Part shown: piece after piece, positions 12,651 through 24,352 of the stretch
Layout: each line of letters starts with the position of its first letter
Numbering within the stretch: position 1 is the stretch's first letter
Assembly (NCBI GenBank): GCA_951406725.2
Contig: OX597823.1
Location: 73,346,001 to 73,410,000 of the forward strand
Direction: 5' to 3'
Source of the DNA: Octopus vulgaris
Lineage: Eukaryota
Length of the DNA: 64,000 nt
The notes under the pieces: generated by a model
Seen by the model: the letters and a program-made list of their open reading frames with translations, nothing else
Database searches by the model: none
Told to the model about the DNA's origin: nothing
Position numbers and translations under genes: made by a program

Positions 12651-12920
12651 TATTATAAAAGGCAGATTTTATCTGCCTCCCTTTGGGAGTTATACAAATC
12701 TACAATATAGGATTTCTTCAATTACAATTTACCTTGCATTTTTAAGAGTACAATGCATCGCGTCATGCCAGGTCCAGTTTTTAAAATTTAAACTCCAGTT
12801 AAGCAAAATTTACAGAAAACTCACATTCTGGTGTGTGTGTCAAATGCTTTTCTTAGTCTGGTTAACAGCACACGCAAACGCACACACACACAGTGGGCAA
12901 CGAATAAAATGAAAGTAATT
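12648..12920 (+). mobile_element. Helitron type-B 5' end (head of composite unit 1)
   Basis: a|TCTTATTATAAAAGGCAGA...; the same ~270-bp head recurs at 14815 and 16592. Confidence 0.7.
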
Positions 12921-13150
12921 GACTTACTGTAGTGAGTGATTCTTTCACTCTGCTTCCCACTTCCTCTTTCCACACATACACACGCAAATATATAAATAAA
13001 ATTGTAAACTAACGTGCGTGTGTGTGAGTCGGTGTGTGTGGGTGTGCGCGCGTGTGTGTGTGTGAGGGTGCGTGTGTGTGCGTGTGCGTGAGTGTGTGAC
13101 AGGAAAGTTTTTTTACGACGAATATAACACCTATATCCAAGTAGCAGAAA

Positions 13151-13630
13151 GATAAGACAGTAAGGTGTGATTTGAGGGAGATTTGGCTGCTATTTCTACC
13201 ATGTCTAGCTGCCATGTAGGGGTCTCCCTCATAGGCTCATACATACATATATACATAGATAAGACAGTAAGGTGTGATTTGGGGGAAATTTGGCTGCTAT
13301 TTCTACCAGGTCTAGCTGCCATGTAGGGGTCTCCCTCATAGGCTCATACATACATATATACATAGATAAGACAGTAAGGTGTGATTTGGGGGAAATTTGG
13401 CTGCTATTTCTACCAGGTCTAGCTGCCATGTAGGGGTCTCCCTCATAGGCTCATACATACATATATACATAGATAAGACAGTAAGGTGTGATTTGGGGGA
13501 AATTTGGCTGCTATTTCTACCAGGTCTAGCTACCATGTAGAGGTCCCCCTCATTGGCTCATATATATATACATACATAAGACAGTAAGGTGTGATTTGAG
13601 GGAGATTTGGCTGCTGTTTCTACCAGGTCT
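13151..13630 (+). repeat. ~107-bp tandem repeat, ~4.5 copies
   Basis: Unit gataagacagtaaggtgtgatttgRgggaRatttggctgctatttctacc...ataggctcatacatacatatatacata; the central units are identical. Confidence 0.95.
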
Positions 13631-13994
13631 GTTAGGCCTTCTCATGTAAACTCAAGCTTTCTCATGCCTTCAACATATGACCAAAGCAGAGAATGTATTC
13701 TTTTATTCTTCTGCTTTTTCCAGCCATTGGTCTGTGGCCATGCTGGGGCAATGCCTTGAAGAATTGTAGTTTAATGAATCAACTCCAGTTTTATTTTTGT
13801 AAGCATTGTACTTATTCTATCTGTTTCCTTTGTCAAATCACTAGGTGACAGGGATGTAAACAAACCAACATTCGTTGTCAAGCAGTGGTGGAGGACAATC
13901 ACAAGCACAGAACGCACACACACACACATACATGCATACACATATACACGCATACATACATACATACATATATATATATGTGTGTATATATATA

Positions 13995-14318
13995 TTGCAG
14001 CGTGGAAGGTGTTTGTAAGCCATTTAAGAAACACACAAAAACCGTTACATTCACTTCAACATTTAAATTTAATTTGCCAAAATATTTTCGTCGCTTTCAG
14101 ACCGCGACCTGTTCACTGACAAAAATATCGTGCTAACAGGTCGCGGTCTCAAAGCGACGAAAATATTTTCACAAATTAAATTTAAATGTTGAAGTGAATC
14201 TAACGGTTTTTGTGTGTTTCTTAAATGGCTTATAAACACCTTCAACGCTGCAACTGTTTTCGTTCCAGCACACGATCTCAGATCAAGTCACTTGCTATGC
14301 AAGTACATCTCTGTAACT
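13995..14318. mobile_element. Fold-back element, ~119-bp arms (13995-14113 / 14135-14253) plus tail, probably Penelope-like
   Basis: Near-perfect reverse-complement arms with a 21-nt spacer, embedded in (TA)n. Confidence 0.7.
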
Positions 14319-14419
14319 ATATATATATTTATATATATATATATATATATGTATATTGGTAAAAACAGTAAGATAACAAAAGAAAGAAAGAGACCTCAAT
14401 ATTATGTAAATAGAGGAAA

Positions 14420-14814
14420 TCTTTATATATAAAAGTGAGGTTGTGTGTCTGTCTCCTACGATTTAGATTCCTAACTACTCCCACATTTTGCGGTGCAGTT
14501 TAACCAAAACCGGGTATCTTATAGTCGTGATTCATATCGAGACTGTCTGGGTATTAGCGCGCGTCTACGATGAGTCTACGATTTAAAAAAAAATTTACCA
14601 TCAATTTTTCCCATTTTTAATCCATTTTTGACATATATAAGGGAAGTAACTCTCTAAAATTTATTATTAAATCTCAGAACGTAAAAAGCTACAGTAACAC
14701 CCCTCCCCCTTTGTGGTTAGCCATATTGAGATGGCTATTATACTTTACATCTCTAAAAATGCTTATATAATTATTTCCCTTACAAACCCGAGCAACGCCG
14801 GGCGATACTGCTAG
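14420..14814 (+). mobile_element. Non-autonomous Helitron type A
   Basis: a|TCTTTATATATAAAA ... acccgagcaacgccgggc hairpin + gatactg-CTAG. Confidence 0.85.
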
Positions 14815-15283
14815 TCTTATTATAAAAGGCAGATCTTATCTGCCTCCCTTTGGGAGTTATACAAATCTACAATATAGGATTTCTTCAATTACAATTTACC
14901 TAGCATTTTTGAGAGTACAATGCATCGCGTCATACCAGGTCCAGTTTTTAAAATTTAAACTCCAATTAAGCAAAATTTACAGAAAACTCACATTCTGGTG
15001 TGTGTGTCAAATGCTTTTCTTAGTCTGGTTTACACCACACGCAAACGCACACACACAGTGGGCAACGAATAAAATGAAAGTAAATAGCGACAGAGTGATT
15101 TGAGGAAGACTAAAGTGAAAGTATTCTGTCTATGACGCTGATAGATACATGAGTAAAATGTATGGGAAGCTAAGAGCTAAGAGTGAGTGAAAATGTTCTT
15201 GGAAGAGAGTAATTAGTAATAAAGTAAACATACACTCATACATACATACATACATACATACATACATACATACATACATACAT

Positions 15284-15314
<31 letters not shown>

Positions 15315-16591
15315 TACACACACACATACATATACACACACATACATACATACACACATACATACATACATACATATACATACATACATACATATACATA
15401 CATACATACATACACACACACACATACACACACACAGTATTGAAGCTTGAGAACAATCAGATACATTTGCAACACATCTGTTGAAAATATTATTGTTCAC
15501 ACACATACATATACATATATACATACAGACAGACAGACAGATAGACACACACACACACACATGATCCAGCATGGCCACAACCTCAAGGCTGAAACATATA
15601 AAAGAATAACAGAATATAAATGTGTGCAAAGTACAAGAAATATTAATGCAGTATATGGGGATTGGACAATAAGCGTAAGGCAGTGTCAATGGTGGTTCCA
15701 GAAATCCCGAGCCATAAACTACAGCCTAGAAGACGAGCCTCATCCTGAAAGATCTGTAGAACTCGACAAGGACATCCTGAAAACCCTGGTGGAACAAAAT
15801 ATCATCGTAACTGTTGAGGAACTAGCAGAGAAGCTTGGATTTGGTCATTCAACCATTCATTGACACCTGTGTGCTATCGGAAAAGTCAGCAAATTGGGTC
15901 AATGGGTTCCTCACGAACTTTCCGAGTCTAATTGCATGCAGAGAGTGAATGTATGCTTTTCTTTGCTGTCATATCTCACCACTACTGCGCTATGTATATC
16001 TATATATATAAAACTGTAGTTGTGTGAGTGTCTGTCCCCTTCGATTTAGATTCCTAACTACTCCCACATTTTGCGGTACAGTTTAACCAAATTCGGGTAG
16101 CTTATAGTCGTGATTCATATCGAGCCCGTCTGAATATTAGCGCGCGTCTACGATGAGTCTACGATTTTAAAAATAAGTTAACATCATTTTTTATTCCATT
16201 TTAATGCATAATTTTTCGCGTGTCGATGGCGGCGGAGTTGGCGTCCACGCTCACACCTGCACCTGTGGGGAAGGGAGTGTAAGGAAATCAACGTCTTAAT
16301 GCGTTGTCAAGGAGACCAGTGTTCTTTTAGAACAACGACTTCATGGCTTGAAGACACCAAAACAGAAATGGCTAAGAAAGCGTCTACATGAGTCTACGAT
16401 TTTTTCGCTATTATATAAGGGAAGTAACTCTCTAAAAATGTCTACGATGAGTCAACGATTTAAAAAAAATTTACCATCATATTTTTTCCATTTTTAATGC
16501 ATTTTTTGCTATTTTTTGGCTATAACTCTCTAAAAATGCTTATATAGTTATTTCCCTTACAAACCCGAGCAACGCCGGGCGATACTGCTAG
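14815..16591 (+). mobile_element. Composite Helitron unit 2: type-B head, microsatellite, mariner fragment (15628-15980), type-A Helitron (15999-16591)
   Basis: Begins TC directly after the previous CTAG and ends in hairpin+CTAG. The body is a near-duplicate of 16592-18855. Confidence 0.8.
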
Positions 16592-18855
16592 TCTTATTAT
16601 AAAAGGCAGATTTTATCTGCCTCCCTTTGTATCTTATAGAAATATACAATATAGGATTTCTTCAATTACAATTTACCTAGCATTTTTAAGAGTAGAATGC
16701 ATCGGGTCATGCCAGGTCCAGTTTTTAAAATTTAAACTCCAATTAAGCAAAATTTACAGAAAACTCACATTCTGGTGTGTATGTCAAATGCTTTTCTTAG
16801 TCTGGTTTACAGCACACGCAAACGCACACACACAGTGTGCTACGAATAAAGTGAAACTAATTCAGTGTGTTGACAGGTAGACAATAGAATGCGGTGACGA
16901 TGGCGATGTAATATTTGTTTCTGTCTATGACGCTGATAGATACATGAGTAAAATGTATGGGAAGCTAAGACATAAGAGTGAGTGAAAATGTTCTTGGAAG
17001 AGAGTAAATAGCAAGAGAGAGTGATTTGAGGAAGACTTTACATTAAATAACCGTAGTGGCTTGTGTTAGTAATAAAGTAAACATACACTCATACATACAT
17101 ACATACATACATACATACATACATGCACACACACACACATACACACACACATACATACATACACACACACATACATACATACACACATACATACATACAT
17201 ACATACATACATACATACATGCACACACACACACATACACACACACATACATACATACACACACACATACATACATACACACATACATACATACATACAT
17301 ATACATACATACATATACATACATACATACACACACACACACATACACACACACACAGTATTGAAGCTTGAGAACAATCAGATACATTTGCAACACATCT
17401 GTTGAAAATATTATTGTTCACACACATACATATACATATATACATACATACAGACAGACAGATACACACACACACACACACACATGATCCAGCATGGCCA
17501 CAACCTCAAGGCTGAAACATATAAAAGAATAACAGAATATAAATGTGTGCATGTGTGTGAGAGAGAGAGTGTGTGTGTATATGTATGTATGTACGTATGT
17601 ATATATATATAATAATGCGGTTTTTTTCAACAGCTTGAACTAAAATCAGAGGGGAATGGGATAAACTACTTATATTAACTTGCTATAAAAGCAGGTAGTA
17701 ATTTTATCTTGTCTTTATTCATAGTGCAAGTTTTGAAGAGTGCATTTCGATTTTAACAGCTATTTTTTTCAAAGCTATGTTGGAAGTAACAAAGGAGCAT
17801 ATTTGGCATATTTTGCTTTATGAGTTCAATAAAGACAACAACGCAACGGAAAGTACAAGAAATATTAATGCAGTATATGGGGATTGGACAATAAGCGTAA
17901 GGCAGTGTCAATGGTGGTTCCAGAAATTCCGAGCCATAAACTACAGCCTAGAAGACGAGCCTCATCCTGAAAGATCTGTAGAACTCGACAAGGACATCCT
18001 GAAAACCCTGGTGGAACAAAATATCATCGTAACTGTTGAGGAACTAGCAGAGAAGCTTGGATTTGGTCATTCAACCATTCATTGACACCTGTGTGCTATC
18101 GGAAAAGTCAGCAAATTGGGTCAATGGGTTCCTCACGAACTTTCCGAGTCTAATTGCATGCAGAGAGTGAATGTATGCTTTTCTTTGCTGTCACATCTCA
18201 CCACTACTGCGCTATGTATATCTATATATATAAAACTGTAGTTGTGTGAGTGTCTGTCCCCTTCGATTTAGATTCCTAACTCCTCCCACATTTTGCGGTG
18301 CAGTTTAACCAAATTCGGGTAGCTTATAGTCGTGATTCATATCGAGCCCGTCTGAGTATTAGCGCGCGTCTACGATGAGTCTACGATTTTAAAAATAATT
18401 TAACATCATTTTTATTCCATTTTAATGTATAATTTTTCGTGTGTCGATGGCGGCGGAGTTGGCGTCCACGCTCACACCTGCACCTGTGGGGAAGGGAGTG
18501 TAAGGAAATCAACGTCGTAATGCGTTGTCAAGGAGACCAGCGTTCTTTTAGAACAACGACTTCATGGCTTGAAGACACCAAAACAGAAATGGCTAAGAAA
18601 GCGTCTACATGAGTCTACGATTTAAAAAAAAATTTACCATCGTTTTTTTCCATTTTAATGCATTTTTTGCTATTATATAAGGGAAGTAACTCTCTAAAAA
18701 TGTCTACGATGAGTCAACGATTTTTAAAAAAATTTTACCATCATATTTTTTCCATTTTTAATGCATTTTTTGCTATTTTTTTGCTATAACTCTCTAAAAA
18801 TGCTTATATAGTTATTTCCCTTACAAACCCGAGCAACGCCGGGCGATACTGCAAG
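16592..18855 (+). mobile_element. Composite Helitron unit 3: type-B head, microsatellite, mariner 5' half (~17612-18200), type-A Helitron (18221-18855)
   Basis: Same order as unit 2; ends gccgggcgatactgCAAG|t. Confidence 0.8.
17777..18085 (+). pseudogene. Mariner transposase N-terminal (HTH) fragment
   Basis: MLEVTKEHIWHILLYEF...WFQKFRAINYSLEDEPHPERS...ELAEKLG, then TGA, followed by KLGQWVPHEL; catalytic domain absent. Confidence 0.9.
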
Positions 18856-18889
18856 TATATATATATATGTGTGTGTGTATATGTATATG

Positions 18890-19125
18890 TGGAGGCGCAA
18901 TGGCCCAGTGGTTAGGCTAGTGGACGCGTGGTCGTAGGATCGCAGTTTCGATTCCCAAACCAGGCGATGTGGGTGTTTATTGAGCAAAACACCTAAATCT
19001 TCACGAGGCACCGGCACCGGCAGGGGGTAGTAGCGAACCTTGGTGTACGTTTTCACCACAACTTTTTCTCACTCTTTCTTCCTGTTTCTATTGTACTTCT
19101 ATTTCAAAGAGCCAGCTTTGTCACA
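18890..19125 (+). mobile_element. tRNA-derived SINE family 3
   Basis: ggaggcgcaatggcccagtggttagg...gtttcgattccc (A/B boxes), gtgtttattgagcaaaacacctaaa. Confidence 0.8.
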
Positions 19126-19589
19126 TTATTTGTTTGCTCCTCTTGCCATATCCCTCTCTCTCTTTTCCTCTCTTTCTCTCCCTCTTACCCCCGCTCTCTC
19201 TCTCTCCCTCGCTCTTATTTTTCTTTCAAAGATTGTAATCATGTGCTGCTGTTGTTCAATGCCGTAGTCACGTAGAAATTTTGATTATAGTCCAAACATT
19301 TTTGGTAGGAATACAAAATATAAACTACTCCCACATGTACATGTACAGAAATGGAAGCTATTTTGGACAATCAACAAAACGAAATAAAATTGGACAAGAA
19401 AAACAGAAATGAATGTAGGGTGACCAAGAAGCCTATATACTCCAGTAGCTTTTTATTTTATAAAGCTAACGTTACGTTTTCCATTAAGTGCGCATGACCT
19501 TAGCTGAGGCCATTTTTTAAAAATATTAATACTGACAGAATTTGAAGCCAGCACTGCAATCCTTTGGGAAAAAGTTGCCTGATATAGCC

Positions 19590-19960
19590 ATACTCTTTTA
19601 CTCTTTTACTTGCTTCAGTCATTTGACTTTGGCCATGCTGGAGCACCACCTTTTTAGTCGAGCAAATCGAACCTAGCACTTATTCTTTGTAAGCCAAGTA
19701 CTTATTCTATCGGTCTCTTTTGCCGAACCGCTATGTTACGGGGACGTAAAACCACCACCATCGGTTGTCAAACGATGTTGGGGGCACAAACACAGACACA
19801 CAAACATATACACACATATACATATATATATCGGTCTTCTTTCAGTTTCCGTCTACCAAATCCACTCACAAAGCTTTGGTCGGCTCGAGGCTAAAGTAGA
19901 AGACACTTGCCCAAGGTACCACGCAGTGGGACTGAACCCGGAACCATGTGGTTCGTAAGC
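19590..19960 (-). mobile_element. SINE family 2
   Basis: Reverse complement of the 9775-10182 family. Confidence 0.85.
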
Positions 19961-21884
19961 GCTCAATGCAATAATAATGACTAACCCTTCAGATTTAATA
20001 AATGTTTTCTTGTATATTTACAGAACAAATAAATAACAATAATGATTCATTTAGCTGTCTTTTATCGAAATAACAAAACACAGGCGAAACCGTAGACATG
20101 TAGCACTTAACTGTTGGACACACCATAAAACACCTCACCTTAGAGTATATTAATGAAATTGTAGTTAAGTTGGCTTTAACATAATTATTTCTAAAATACT
20201 TGCCGAGTTGAAATCTAACTGAAATACTTCCGCGGTGGGGAAAAGAATAAGTCAATGACTAACATTTTGATCATGTCAGTTAGTACATTAAAAAAGTATC
20301 ACATCGTACTTATTGCGGCAGTGATGAGAGAACCCGTACGCACGTGGTAAACATACAACACACGGATGAAATGATATTTGTAGATTAAAATATCTATCGT
20401 CCCAGAAGTGAATTACTCAGGAACGGTTATTTACATGATGAAGAGAACTACACAAAACTTCATGATTCACTCATTTCCATTTCAATAAGTAAGGTGAAGG
20501 TCTATACTTTCTAGAATAAGTCTAATAATACTGAAGCATATCTTGAATTGTGTTCCGTACATGCAGAAATAATTAAAATAATCTTATCCATTGAGCTAAT
20601 GTATTTTCCTCACCACAAAATTTTTCTAATTAAATTTTTTATTTCAACTGTATTATATTGTCTACTGTTTTATATTCAGTTAAATTTAGTAATTAACCTC
20701 AGAATATATTCATTAATCACAATCCAACGGAGATTAGATTAATCATCATCTAATATAATCTGAAATTACATATAGCTGCATCACACCTGAATGAGAACGA
20801 AATACGTTGATATCACTATGCTCCGGTTTTTTGACCACGTGACAGTTGTTATAGAGTTTAACCTCAAGTCAGCCTTGATCGAGTAGATCTGTGATCAGAC
20901 TCCTAATCAGATAGTGTAACTTAGACCACATTTTACAACGTGTCCGTTCTCTTTAAATCAGAAAGCGAAATGTGATCGAGTTCTGATGGTTATTTCTTAC
21001 AGATCGAAGGTCTACTCCACTTACAAGCCCCCTCTCATTGGATTGCATGTTCTAAACTTCCCAAATACTGATTAGTGTGAGCATAGAAATGTTTATCTAT
21101 ATAGAATAAATCGACTCTGATTAAATTAAAATAACACCTAATTGTGTCTGGAGCACATTCTTATCACCATGCAGTTATCTATTTTACAAAGCAAAAGAAT
21201 GAACTTAAATTCGCACGTACGAGCACAGTTTGACGAGTATGTTCTACTTTTAGCATGCATTAATTGATTAGATAATTGACTGTATCCAAAAACAAACATT
21301 TTCTTTAATGTTTCATTTATTCAAGCGCAATTGGAAGAAATTTATTAAATATATAAATGTAACACTGTTATGTCGCACGTTCGGATGACCTCTAGACTTC
21401 TCCCTCTATATCTACGTATTGGGCTAGCCTACTTCATCGTCTGGGAGTGTCCACACAACAAACACTTAAATGGTTTCTACAAGTCATAAATGTAAAACGA
21501 GAACATCAAAAGCAATGACAATCACACAGAAAATAGAGCAATAGTTGCCGACAACTTATCATTATGGGAACTAACAAGCCGTTCCTTCTTCCTTTCCGCC
21601 TTTTTCTCCGTTTCTATCTACGCTTTGACTTTAAACAATATCCACTCTATGTATACTTGGATCTCACCTTGTGCTAAAATGTTCATTGACTCCGAATTTA
21701 CTTTCTACATTTTTTTTTCTTGATTATATTTCTGGCTAATGACTTTTCTATTCAGTTGGTCTTACCATTGTGTTGCGCATTGCTTAAGGGTTCCGTGCGA
21801 CATGTAAACTTCATCAAGTTACTTGCAGCCTGATGATTAGCTGAGCGTAAAACTTGCGTAATGAGCGACACCTAGTTACGAAAC

Positions 21885-22190
21885 ATATTGTTTGTTTCTT
21901 CTCTAGCCATGCCTGGCTCATAAGGGCTACTCCTCGGTTTCCCTGGCGTGTAGGTTCCCCACCTGGACGGGACGCCAGCCCGTCGCAGGTGAGCTGCAAG
22001 ATGCAGGAGGAAAGAGTGAAAGAAAATTGTGGTGAAAGAGTCAGCAGAAGTTCGTCATCATCTTCTGCCGGAGCAGCGTGGAGCTTAGGTGTTTCGCTCA
22101 AAAACACACATCGCCTGGTCTGAGATTCGAACCCACGATCCCTCGACCGCAAGTCCGCTGCTCTAACCATTAGGCCATGTGCCTCCACCC
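21885..22190 (-). mobile_element. SINE family 3, near full length
   Basis: Minus strand ggaggcacatggcctaatggttagagcagcggacttgcggtcgagggatcgtgggttcgaatctc (tRNA-like head); ends gagaagaaacaaacaa. Confidence 0.85.
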
Positions 22191-22506
22191 GAAACATATA
22201 TAGCTTCCATTTTATCTGTCCAGCACCCCTCGGCTGGGTATGTTTGTGTGTGGGGGTGCGTATGTTTGTATACTTCTATATATATGTGAGTATGTATGTT
22301 ATGTTCATTTTATATATATATATGTGTGTGTGTATACATACATACATATATAAATATTTAGTAGCAGTAACAGACCAAATGTCCTAGTGTTTCGTGCGTT
22401 GGCGCAACGCACGAAACTCTCGAATCACTCTGTGTCTATTTTTATTAAAATTTAACAGACGTAACATACTCATATTTTGAGTTCTGTTTTCTTGTTTACC
22501 AACATA

Positions 22507-22559
<53 letters not shown>

Positions 22560-22560
<1 letters not shown>

Positions 22561-22740
22561 TCTCTTTTAATTCTCTCTATGTTTATTTTCTCTTATTCCT
22601 TTCTGTTGAAGAGCGTAGGCTCGAAACGTAAAAGACTTTCTCACTTTCCCGAGCGTCCAGCTAACACACCTGCTTGTTGTTCATACACGTTCATACACCT
22701 TTCTTCGTCTCTTGTTTTACAGTAAATTTCAACTATATAT
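22560..22740 (+). mobile_element. Penelope-like terminal fragment with hammerhead variant at 22599-22634
   Basis: cttt-CTGTTGA-a-GAGC-gtag-GCTC-GAAA-cg-TA-aaag. A related copy lies at 27121-27305, and related sequence lies inverted at ~22845-23130. Confidence 0.6.
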
Positions 22741-23151
22741 ATATACTGATAAAATGTTGAAACTTCGTTGACTTTTATACGTATATATTTTTGCCTAATA
22801 AGTTATATTTAATTAACATAAGGGGTAAATAACGTAAGGGGTAAAGGAGCGAAAATAAAGAATGTGTAGTGGCTAGCGATCTATCATGGCGAATGCCGGA
22901 TAAAAGGGTCACACAGAAGAGCTAGGTAGAAGGGGAGATAATAAAGTAGTGGTGATCCCAAAACAAAGGTGCGCGTGCGTGTGTATAAGAGAATTTGTAT
23001 GTGCGTGTGGAAGAAGGCAGTTGATCTTGACGTGTGCTTATGTGTAGGTGTAGGTGTGAAAATTTGGGTCTGGGAAGTGGCTTGTGCTTGTTTGCGCGTG
23101 GTGGTGTGTTGTGATGGGATGTGATGTGTGGTATGGTGGTGAATGGTGTAG

Positions 23152-23373
23152 GAGTTGGCAGAAATGTTCGCACGCCAGGCGAAATGCGTAGCGGTATTTC
23201 GGCTGCGTTACGTTGAGTTCAAATTCCGCCGAGGTCGGCTTTGCCTTTCATCCTTTCGGGGTCGATAAATTAAGTACCAGTTACGCACTGGGGTCGATGT
23301 AATCGACTTAATACCTATGTCTGTCCTTGTTTGTCCCCTCTGTGTTTAGCCCCTTGTGGGTAATAAAGAAATA
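23152..23373 (+). mobile_element. SINE family 1, Tx1-tailed subfamily, with 17-bp target-site duplication
   Basis: ggtggtgaatggtgtag at 23135-23151 and 23374-23390; ends cccttgtgggtaataaagaaata with no poly(A). Confidence 0.9.
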
Positions 23374-23940
23374 GGTGGTGAATGGTGTAGTGGTATGTGG
23401 TGTAGCGTGATGGTGTTGGGAAGTGGGGGCGAAAGTGGGGAAAGCAAAGGTAGGGTGTGGGTTAGGCTGAGGGTGGGGTATGGGGAGTGGGCGTAAGAAA
23501 TGGGGAAGGAGAAGGTAGGTACGAGTGAAGGGAAGAGAGAAGGAGAGTAGGAGTGAAGAGAAAAAGTATATATATATATACATACATATATATATATATA
23601 TATGATTTCATATTTGATTTCATATATGTATGTAAGTGTGTATATGTGTATATGTGTGCGCGCGCACATGTGTAACATTAAATATGAAAGCAAAAGTGTC
23701 ATGGTACTGAAATAAATAAAAAAAATATAATAAACATTACTTAGAAGATGAAATTCTATTTTGAACGTGATATTTATGTTTGTGGATTTGGGTACATTCG
23801 GCAAACAATTGTGAATAAAACTAAAAGACATATCAACATGTGGACATGACTGCATATGTGTATATTTATATGGATAAGTGAATGTGTGAAAGCGGAAATA
23901 TACATATATATATACATACATACATACATACATACATACA

Positions 23941-23974
<34 letters not shown>

Positions 23975-24297
23975 CATACATATATACATACATATATATA
24001 TACATACATACATATATACATACATACATATATGCATACATATATACATACATATATACATACACATACATACATGCATATATATATACATACATACATA
24101 CATACATACACATACATACATACACATACATACACATACATACATACACATACATACATATACATACATATATACATAAAGAGAGAGTGAGAGGAGAGAG
24201 AGATAAATGGATAGATAGAAAGAAAGATAGATAGACAGATAGGTAGCTAAATGCTTAAGTATATATACTTATATGTATGTATATATATGTGTGTGTG

Positions 24298-24352
<55 letters not shown>

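Noticed and set aside
13151-13630. Regular repeat array as a CRISPR
   Set aside because: Whole 107-bp units repeat with no unique spacers, no cas genes, eukaryotic context.
20380-20515. Possible plus-strand exon (also ~28495-28570)
   Set aside because: Splice-like signals are at chance level, frames close quickly and no protein is recognisable.
22120-22190. tRNA gene (also at 18890 and 29760)
   Set aside because: A/B boxes continue into SINE bodies and no proper acceptor stem forms; these are SINE heads.
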